From: Candidatus Woesearchaeota archaeon
GTDB taxonomy: Archaea > Nanobdellota > Nanobdellia > Pacearchaeales > GW2011-AR1
Assembly (NCBI GenBank): GCA_964581415.1
Contig: CAZOOJ010000001.1
Span: 36,096 to 100,095 of the forward strand
Reading direction: 5' to 3'
Length of the DNA stretch: 64,000 nt
A model generated the notes under the pieces. That model ran no database searches and was not told where the DNA came from. It saw nothing but the letters and a program-made list of their open reading frames with translations. How positions within the stretch are numbered: position 1 is the stretch's first letter; each line of letters opens with the position of its first letter. Shown here piece after piece: positions 56,610 through 64,000 of this stretch. The translations under genes were made by a program, and so were the position numbers.

Positions 56610-57069
56610 TTTTCCTTCCTCCTACTCTTTTTTTACGCATTTGCTGTTCTAAAATTAATGCAAAATTTTTTGGATTATTTATATTTTTTATAGGTGTAGT
56701 TGATTCTGCAGAGAAGAGATGGACACTCACATTTCCAAAATTTAATATTCTCTGCCACCATTTTTGTGAAACATCCACATCACTTATAGCGAAAAGATCT
56801 ATTCTCTTAGCAGTTTTATTAATATAACCTTCTATATGAACTACTGAATTAGCAGATATTTCATATTTGCTTTTTAATCTGTGAATTTCTGTTCCTAAGA
56901 TTAATAAGAATATAAAGATTACTGTTACAAGAAAAACAGACTTATTTATAGAAAATCCTTTTAATTCTAAAAATAAAATCAGTAATAATAAAAAAACACC
57001 CATAAAATAAATAGGAATATATAATTTTCTAGAATTTGTAGTAGATAAAATAGTATCTTCTTTTCCCAT
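56602..57069 (-). CDS. Bacterial PH-domain (bPH_2) membrane protein
   Basis: 2 TM then KYEI..EGYI..ISDVDVSQ..QRILNFGNV..IKNINNP. Confidence 0.82.
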   Translation of the reverse strand: MGKEDTILSTTNSRKLYIPIYFMGVFLLLLILFLELKGFSINKSVFLVTVIFIFLLILGTEIHRLKSKYEISANSVVHIEGYINKTAKRIDLFAISDVDVSQKWWQRILNFGNVSVHLFSAESTTPIKNINNPKNFALILEQQMRKKRVGGRKNV

Positions 57070-57100
57070 TAGTATTAAAGAAAATACAATCTTATAAATA

Positions 57101-57937
57101 TTATTCTTTTTGCATATCACCTGTTCTTTTATATTGCAGATAGAACTTATCAAGAATTTTAACAGCCTGTTGCCTGCTTTCAGAATTTCCAAGTCCTTTC
57201 CAATCTAAAAGAATAAAATCAACTTCTTCTTCTGTTTTTTCAATTGCCTCTCTAATCATTTCTTCTTTTAAAGGAAGAACATATTGTGGAATTATATGAC
57301 TTAAAGCAACATTAGAATTTAATTGGACTTTGTTAAAATTAGGACAATAATGAGGGCCTCCAATTCCTATTGCAATTTCATTATAAGGATTTTCTTTAAA
57401 TCCTTCTATAGTATCAAAAATTGTTTTTGCTATAACAAAACCTGCTCTTCTATCTTTCCATTCCTCTTCTGTAGAACCTATTTCAATGAACATGCATGGC
57501 TTTTCTATTAAAGGTCCATGATGAGTGCATTCCAAAGTTATCTGATAATTATTAAGTTTATATTTTTCTAAATTCTCTTTTAATTTTTCAAAAGCTTGTT
57601 TTTGAAATAAAGCAGAAGTTTTACAGACTTTCTCAGGTTCTCCTCCTAATTTCGGTGAAATAAAAAGCCAATTTCCAGGAGAATGAATAGAAAGAGTTTT
57701 AGTATGTTTTTCAGATTGATGTTTTGAAGCGAATATTATAAAATCATACTTGTTAATTTTTTCTAAATCTAAATTCTCTGTATAGATTATTTCCTCTCCG
57801 CATAAATAAAAATCAAAACTTGGTTTATTATTCATAGAAGAAATCAGAGGATTTTGCCGAAACTGAGATAGGGCTGTAGTTATGTTTATTCCTGCTGTGT
57901 CTTTTTTGCTTGCAATAACAAGATATCTTGAATACAT
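57101..57937 (-). CDS. dtdA: D-aminoacyl-tRNA deacylase (archaeal DTD2)
   Basis: FASKHQS, LSIHSPGN, ECTHHGP, FIEIGS, GIGGPHY, DWKG. Confidence 0.95.
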   Translation of the reverse strand: MYSRYLVIASKKDTAGINITTALSQFRQNPLISSMNNKPSFDFYLCGEEIIYTENLDLEKINKYDFIIFASKHQSEKHTKTLSIHSPGNWLFISPKLGGEPEKVCKTSALFQKQAFEKLKENLEKYKLNNYQITLECTHHGPLIEKPCMFIEIGSTEEEWKDRRAGFVIAKTIFDTIEGFKENPYNEIAIGIGGPHYCPNFNKVQLNSNVALSHIIPQYVLPLKEEMIREAIEKTEEEVDFILLDWKGLGNSESRQQAVKILDKFYLQYKRTGDMQKE

Positions 57938-57973
57938 GATTAATTATAAAAACTCTCTTTCTTAAATATTTTT

Positions 57974-58213
57974 ATGCAATATTTAATAAAGATACTAATT
58001 GGAATTTTTATATTAATTTTAGGAATATTTCTAGGAAACCTTCTCGCGAGATGGACAAAAGAAGAGCTCAAATCTGGAGAGAAATATTTCAAATCAATTA
58101 TTCTTCTGAGTTTTATAGGAACAATAGTAACTTTAATAATCAAAAATGATATTTTATTTTTTACATTTTTGTTTATAATTATAGTTACTAGTAGATGTTT
58201 GAAGAAGAATTAA
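57974..58213 (+). CDS. Small membrane protein
   Basis: 3 hydrophobic segments, LARWTKEEL..GEKYF. Confidence 0.65.
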   Translation: MQYLIKILIGIFILILGIFLGNLLARWTKEELKSGEKYFKSIILLSFIGTIVTLIIKNDILFFTFLFIIIVTSRCLKKN

Positions 58214-58241
58214 AAATAAAAAACAAAGATGGTTGAGAAAA

Positions 58242-58286
58242 TTATTTCTTTTTTCCTTCTTTTTTCTTAGATTTCTTTTTAGCCAT
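58242..58286 (-). CDS. Putative 14-aa lysine-rich microprotein MAKKKSKKKEGKKK
   Basis: Perfect SD AAAGGAGGT 5 nt before ATG. Confidence 0.5.
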   Translation of the reverse strand: MAKKKSKKKEGKKK

Positions 58287-58402
58287 TTTAAACCTCCTTT
58301 TTCAACTAAAAAAAGATTGCACTTTAGTTTAAATATTTACAGAATCATTTAAAAAAGACATCAATTCATAAGTTTAATAAAGTAATTTCTTCTTGAGAAT
58401 TT

Positions 58403-59101
58403 ATGCTATATTTAATAGGATTGGGCTTGAATAAAGAAAGTTTTACATATGAAACAATGAATTCTATAAAAAATTGTAGAAGGATTTATTTAGAGAATTA
58501 TACTGTAGATTTTCCTTATGATATTAAAGAACTGCAGGAATTAATTGGAAAAAAAATTATTGAACTTAAAAGAGAAGAAGTTGAAGACAATATACTATTA
58601 AAAGAAGCAAAAGAGCAGAATATTGCATTGTTAGTTTATGGTTCTCCATTAGTTGCTACTACACATATCTCTTTAATATTAGAAGCAAAAAAAAGAAAGA
58701 TTAGTTTTAAAATAATTTCCAATGCTTCAATTTTAGATGCGATTTCAGAAACAGGACTGCAATTATATAAATTTGGAAAAATAGCAAGTCTTCCGAAATT
58801 TGAAGCAGATAGTTTTATGAAGATTGTAAAAGAAAATCAATCTATCAATGCTCATAGTTTGATTTTGATAGATATTGGATTAAATCTTAAAGAGAGTTTA
58901 GAAAAATTAGAAAAAGTATCTAAAAGATATAAGATTAAATTAAATAAAATTTTAATTTGTTCTAGATTAGGAACAAATCAGAGTAAAATTTATTATGATT
59001 CAGTAAAAAATTTAAAAAACAAAAAAATTCAAAGTCCTTATTGTTTTATTATTCCAGACAAACTTCATTTTTTAGAAGAAGAATTTTTAAAGAGTCTTTA
59101 A
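58403..59101 (+). CDS. dph5: Diphthine synthase
   Basis: MLYLIGLGL, YLENYT, LLVYGSPLVATTH, NASI, GLQLYKFGK, HSLILID. Confidence 0.95.
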   Translation: MLYLIGLGLNKESFTYETMNSIKNCRRIYLENYTVDFPYDIKELQELIGKKIIELKREEVEDNILLKEAKEQNIALLVYGSPLVATTHISLILEAKKRKISFKIISNASILDAISETGLQLYKFGKIASLPKFEADSFMKIVKENQSINAHSLILIDIGLNLKESLEKLEKVSKRYKIKLNKILICSRLGTNQSKIYYDSVKNLKNKKIQSPYCFIIPDKLHFLEEEFLKSL

Positions 59102-59137
59102 AGATAAATTTATATATTCTTTAAACTATAAATTATA

Positions 59138-60439
59138 ATGAACAAAAAACTCTTAATATTTTTAATAATATTTTTTTCAGTTGCTTTAGTAACATCTACA
59201 ACTCTATTGTTTATTTTTCCATATTTCCCAAATCAGTCTCCTTTAGCAAATGAAACTGGCTCAACATTACAAGGAATTCAGGAAGTTGTAAATGCAAACA
59301 ATGAATTTGCTTTTGATTTATATTCAGAATTAGATAAATCTAATGGAAATAATATCTTCTATTCACCTTATAGTATTTCTGCTGCATTAGCAATGACTTA
59401 TGAAGGTGCTAAAGAACAAACAGCAGATGAGATAAAATCTGTTTTTCATTTTCCAGAAGAGAATGTATTAAGATCTAATTTTGCAGCAATTTATAATAAT
59501 ATCAATGAAAAAAATAAAGAATATGAATTAAGAACAGGAAATGCTTTATGGGCTCAGTATGATTACCCTTTTCTTGAAGAATATATGAATAGAGTTGAAC
59601 AATATTATGGAGGAAAAGCAGCAAATTTGGATTTTATTAGAGAAACAGAAAAATCAAGACAAACAATCAATTCATTTATTGAAGAACAGACTAATAATAA
59701 AATTAAGAATTTAATTCCTCTAGGTGTGCTTAATTCAATGACAAGGCTTGTTCTAACAAATGCTATTTACTTTAAAGGAACATGGGAATGGGAATTTGAT
59801 AAATCTGATACTCGTGAACAGGATTTTAAAATAACTCCAATAAATATTGTTAAAACACAAATGATGCATATGAATCCTAAAAAAGCTGAATTTAATTATG
59901 CTGAATTAGAAAAATTACAAATTTTAGAACTTCCATATAAAGGAGAAAAAATTTCTATGTTAATTTTATTACCAAAACAAGGAGAAACATATGATTTTGA
60001 AACAGGAGAAAGAATTAATTATGATTATACTCTTGAAGATATAGAACTATCATCTGAAAAACTTAAGGAATATAAATTTCAAATGCAGGAAACAAAGTTG
60101 GATTCAATATCTCTTCCAAAATTTGAATTTGATACAAAGTATTTTATGAAAGATACATTAAGTGCAATGGGAATGCCACTAGCATTTGATATAAAAAATG
60201 CAGATTTTTCAGGAATGACTGAATATGAAGATTTGTTTATCAGTTCTGTAATTCATCAAGCATATGTTAAAGTTGATGAAAAAGGAACAGAAGCAGCTGC
60301 AGCAACTGCTGTAAGTATGAAGGCAACAAGTAGTATGCCGAATTTCTTCAGAGCAGACCATCCATTTATATTTATAATTCAGGAAAAAGAAACAGGAAAT
60401 ATACTGTTTATGGGAAAAGTTGTAAATCCTGCTAAATAA
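59138..60439 (+). CDS. Serpin with N-terminal membrane anchor/signal
   Basis: NIFYSPYSI, NAIYFKG.W, hinge EKGTEAAAAT, FRADHPFIF. Confidence 0.96.
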   Translation: MNKKLLIFLIIFFSVALVTSTTLLFIFPYFPNQSPLANETGSTLQGIQEVVNANNEFAFDLYSELDKSNGNNIFYSPYSISAALAMTYEGAKEQTADEIKSVFHFPEENVLRSNFAAIYNNINEKNKEYELRTGNALWAQYDYPFLEEYMNRVEQYYGGKAANLDFIRETEKSRQTINSFIEEQTNNKIKNLIPLGVLNSMTRLVLTNAIYFKGTWEWEFDKSDTREQDFKITPINIVKTQMMHMNPKKAEFNYAELEKLQILELPYKGEKISMLILLPKQGETYDFETGERINYDYTLEDIELSSEKLKEYKFQMQETKLDSISLPKFEFDTKYFMKDTLSAMGMPLAFDIKNADFSGMTEYEDLFISSVIHQAYVKVDEKGTEAAAATAVSMKATSSMPNFFRADHPFIFIIQEKETGNILFMGKVVNPAK

Positions 60440-60580
60440 AGTTCTTAAGAAAAATTTAAAAACATTTATTTTATAGAATTATAATGTCTAAGAGAATTTT
60501 AAATATTAGAAAGATTATCTTAGCTGGAAATATTCTAAACAGAATTATAATTATTTGATTGCAATCTTTGGATTCAAAGA

Positions 60581-60871
60581 TTGCAGGAAGTTTTAATGGA
60601 TTTATTAGATAATATGGGTTATGAAGGAAATGGAAAGCGTAGTCTTGACTATGAAGAAAAAAGAATACTTTTAAGAAACATTAGAGAAGGAAAATATTCC
60701 TTTGCAAAAGAATTTGCAGATATCTTAATAAGTAAAAGAAGAGTAACAGTTACCTCTATAAATAATGCTTCATTTAAGTTAGTAGACAGATTAAAAAGAC
60801 TAAATCCAGAAAAAGCAAAAGAGTTATGTAAAATATTTGGGAGTTATGATTGGAATTATTGGTTAGATTAA
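60581..60871 (+). CDS. Hypothetical protein
   Basis: About 90-aa ORF; start uncertain. Confidence 0.4.
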   Translation: MQEVLMDLLDNMGYEGNGKRSLDYEEKRILLRNIREGKYSFAKEFADILISKRRVTVTSINNASFKLVDRLKRLNPEKAKELCKIFGSYDWNYWLD

Positions 60872-60906
60872 AAATTTAAAAATAAAAAAAACATTGAATA
60901 GATAAA

Positions 60907-63696
60907 ATGTATGACTTTAAAACTGTTGAAAGTGAAGTTAAGGAAATTTGGAAGAAGAATAAAAAAGAAATAGAGAAATCTATCCAATACGATTCTAAAA
61001 AAAAATTATTTTCTTTTTTGGAAGGACCTCCAACTGCAAATGCTCCTCCAGGATTGCATCATCTTGAAGCGAGAACATACAAAGATTTAATATGTAGATT
61101 TAGATTTATGCAGGGATTTTCTGTTCCTAGAAAGGGAGGTTGGGACTGTCACGGATTACCTGTTGAAGTTCAGGTAGAAAAAAAATTAAAATTAGATTCT
61201 AAAAAAGATATAGAAAAATATGGAGTTAAAAAATTCATAAATCAATGCAAAAAAGATGTTTTTTCAAATATTTCTGAATGGAATATTTCAACAGAAGAGT
61301 TAGGCTATTGGATTGATTTAAAAAATCCTTATGTGACTTTAGAGAACAATTATATTGAAAGTGTCTGGTGGAGTCTGAAAGAGCTTTATAATAAAAAAAT
61401 GCTTTATGAAGACTATAAAGTCGTGCCCTTTTGTCCAAGATGTGGAACACCTCTGTCAAGTCATGAAGTTTCATTAGGATATAAAGACATAACAGAAGAA
61501 TCTGTTTATATTGCATTTAAATTAAAAGGAAAATCTAATGAATATATTCTTGCCTGGACTACAACTCCATGGACTCTTCCTGGAAATGTTGCATTGGCTG
61601 TAGGAGAAGATATTGATTATGTCAAAGTAAAATTAGAAGATGGAAATAGTTTAATTTTAGGAAGAGAAAGATTAAATGTTCTTAAAGAAGATTATAAAAT
61701 AATAGAAGAATTAAAAGGAAAAAATTTGGTTGGAATAGGCTATGAACCTTTATATAAAATAAAGCAAGCTGAAAATGAAAATTCCCATAAAATTATTCTA
61801 GCTGATTTTGTAACAACAGAGGATGGAACAGGAGTTGTCCATACAGCAGGAATGTATGGAGAAGATGATTATGAAGTTTGTAAAAAAGAGAATCTCCCTT
61901 TAGTTCATACAGTCAATCAAAACGGAACTTTCAATGAACTTGTTCCAAAATGGCAGGGCAGATTTGTCAAAGATGTTGAAGACGAAATAAAAGAAGATTT
62001 AAAACAAAGAAGTTTGCTCTATAAAACAGAAAAAACAACACACTCTTATCCTTTTTGCTGGAGATGTGATTCTCCTTTATTGTATTATGCAGTAAATTCC
62101 TGGTTTGTTAAAGTTAGTTCCATCAGAGATAAACTGGTAAAAATAAACAAAGAAATAAACTGGGAGCCTAAACATATTCGTGACGGAAGATTTGGAAAAT
62201 GGCTAGAAGGAGCAAAGGATTGGTCCTTATCTCGTTTCAAGTTCTGGGGTACTCCTCTTCCTATTTGGAAATGTGAATGTGGAAAAGAAAAAGTTATTGG
62301 AAGTATTAGAGAATTAAAGGAAAATTCTATTCAAAAAATTACAGGAGAAATTGATTTGCATAAATCAACAATTGACAACATAAAATTAAAATGTGAATGT
62401 GGAAAACAAATGAAAAGAATTCCTGATGTAATTGACTGTTGGTATGATTCTGGAAGCGCTCCTTTCGCGCAGTTTCATTATCCTTTTGAAAATAAAAAGG
62501 AATTTGAAAAAAGATTTCCTTATGATTATGTTTCAGAAGCAATAGATCAAACCAGAGGATGGTTTTATACTATGCATGTATTAGCAACGATTTTATTTAA
62601 CAAATCTGCTTACAAAAATGTCATATGTGCTGGACACATAGTGGATGAAAAAGGTGAAAAAATGAGCAAAAGTAAAGGAAATATAATTAATCCCAAAGAT
62701 ATAATTGACAGAACAGGAGTGGATGCGATTCGTCTTCAATTTTGCACAGCAGACGCAGGTAATTCAAAAAGATTTTCCTATGATATGATGAAAGAGTCTG
62801 TTATTCCTTTTTTAACAATTCTTTATAATGCTAATAGATATTATATGCAGTTAGAAAATAAAAAATCTAAAGAAAAATTAGAAGATAAATGGATTTTAAG
62901 CAGACTTAATTCTGTTATTAAAAAAATTACTGAAAATTTAGAGAATTATAGAATAGATATTTCTTTTAATGAAATTCAAAATTTTGTAATTAATGATTTT
63001 TCAAGAAGTTATATTAAGATAACTAGGAATAGAGAGGACATCTCCAGAATTATTGAAAAAATTTTAAAGAATATCTCTTTATTACTTGCTCCATTCGCAC
63101 CTTATATATCAGAAAAAATATTTTCTCAATTCAGCAAAGATTCTGTACATTTAAGTAAATGGCCAAAAGTAGACGAGAAAAAAATTGACAAGAAACTTGA
63201 AGAAAATTTTGATATTGTTTTTGAAATAATTGAAAAAGGATTAGCAAAAAGAAATTCTGTGGAAATAGGATTAAGATGGCCTTTAAAAAAAGCAATTATA
63301 TCTGGAAATTTAAAGTTAGATAAGGAGCTTCAAGAAATAATTAAATCTCAATTAAATATTAAAAAAATTGAATTTCAAAAAAAAGACAGAGACATTTTAG
63401 TGGAATTAGATATTTCTAAGGATTCTGAACTTGAAGCAGAAGGTTATGCAAGAGAAATATCGAGAAACATTCAAGCATTTAGAAAAAAATTAGGATTGCA
63501 GCAGAAAGAAAAAGTTAAAACAAAAATTATTACTGATGAAAATTTCAAAAAAATTTTGGAAAAAAATATAAAATTTATAGTGAAAAGAACCAACTTAAAA
63601 AAATTAGAAATTGTTACAACTGAAAAGGAAAGATTTAAAAATAATGTTGATTTTAAAATAAAAGATAAAAGAGGAAGAATAATAATCTTTAATTAA
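60907..63696 (+). CDS. ileS: Isoleucine--tRNA ligase
   Basis: EGPPTAN, GWDCHGLPVE, WTTTPWTLP, DQTRGWFY, KMSKS. Confidence 0.97.
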   Translation: MYDFKTVESEVKEIWKKNKKEIEKSIQYDSKKKLFSFLEGPPTANAPPGLHHLEARTYKDLICRFRFMQGFSVPRKGGWDCHGLPVEVQVEKKLKLDSKKDIEKYGVKKFINQCKKDVFSNISEWNISTEELGYWIDLKNPYVTLENNYIESVWWSLKELYNKKMLYEDYKVVPFCPRCGTPLSSHEVSLGYKDITEESVYIAFKLKGKSNEYILAWTTTPWTLPGNVALAVGEDIDYVKVKLEDGNSLILGRERLNVLKEDYKIIEELKGKNLVGIGYEPLYKIKQAENENSHKIILADFVTTEDGTGVVHTAGMYGEDDYEVCKKENLPLVHTVNQNGTFNELVPKWQGRFVKDVEDEIKEDLKQRSLLYKTEKTTHSYPFCWRCDSPLLYYAVNSWFVKVSSIRDKLVKINKEINWEPKHIRDGRFGKWLEGAKDWSLSRFKFWGTPLPIWKCECGKEKVIGSIRELKENSIQKITGEIDLHKSTIDNIKLKCECGKQMKRIPDVIDCWYDSGSAPFAQFHYPFENKKEFEKRFPYDYVSEAIDQTRGWFYTMHVLATILFNKSAYKNVICAGHIVDEKGEKMSKSKGNIINPKDIIDRTGVDAIRLQFCTADAGNSKRFSYDMMKESVIPFLTILYNANRYYMQLENKKSKEKLEDKWILSRLNSVIKKITENLENYRIDISFNEIQNFVINDFSRSYIKITRNREDISRIIEKILKNISLLLAPFAPYISEKIFSQFSKDSVHLSKWPKVDEKKIDKKLEENFDIVFEIIEKGLAKRNSVEIGLRWPLKKAIISGNLKLDKELQEIIKSQLNIKKIEFQKKDRDILVELDISKDSELEAEGYAREISRNIQAFRKKLGLQQKEKVKTKIITDENFKKILEKNIKFIVKRTNLKKLEIVTTEKERFKNNVDFKIKDKRGRIIIFN

Positions 63697-63772
63697 CTAC
63701 CTAAGAGTAATTTAAAAGGTTACGCTTGTAGGATAATAATCTTTAAAAATAGAGGTAAACTTTAAAAAGAAA

Positions 63773-64000
63773 ATGATTGTCAAAGAAGAATTTTTAAGTA
63801 GGTTAAGAAAAATTTTTGATTTAAATCTTTATGAAGTAAAAGTTTGGGCTGCTCTTCTCTCTAGAGGAAATTCAACTGCAGGAGAATTAAGCAATATATC
63901 TGATGTTCCACGTTCAAGAACTTATGATATTTTAGAAAGTCTAGAGAAAAAAGGTTTTGTTATTATGAAACTTGGAAAACCAATAAGATTTGTTGCTTTA
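63773..64000 (+). CDS. TrmB-family transcriptional regulator, runs off window end
   Basis: LNLYEVKVWAALL..STAGELS..VPRSRTYDILESLEKKGF..GKP. Confidence 0.88.
   Translation, partial: MIVKEEFLSRLRKIFDLNLYEVKVWAALLSRGNSTAGELSNISDVPRSRTYDILESLEKKGFVIMKLGKPIRFVAL

Noticed and set aside
1..64000. CRISPR array associated with the Cas4-like nuclease
   Set aside because: No regularly spaced repeats or other cas genes seen in the window.

Overview
AT-rich archaeal chromosome segment, most consistent with a DPANN archaeon (Pacearchaeota-like: fused Rpo1 A'+A'', archaeal ribosomal/RNAP genes, BRE-TATA promoters). It is mostly housekeeping: dph6, scpA, PIN-rpo7-spt4-S24e-S27ae, a redox/Fe-S cluster, nrdR-nrdD(intein, split)-nrdG, rpoH-B-A-nusA-S12-S7-EF2-EF1A, dnaG, smc, rnhB, six tRNAs, dtdA, dph5, serpin, ileS. 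The main accessory feature is a precisely bounded 6.4-kb transposon (22949-29329) with IS903-like 12-bp terminal inverted repeats and a 9-bp target duplication. It carries a DDE transposase, a HEPN-motif protein, a wHTH protein, a PIN nuclease, a Type IIG restriction-modification enzyme, two GC-rich structured non-coding elements and an internal 15-bp direct repeat. Other notable items are bacterial-type NrdR and ArsR operators in archaeal promoters, two candidate structured RNAs, a 14-aa lysine-rich microprotein with a perfect SD, and several frameshifted gene remnants. All calls are from motif recognition by eye; no searches were run.
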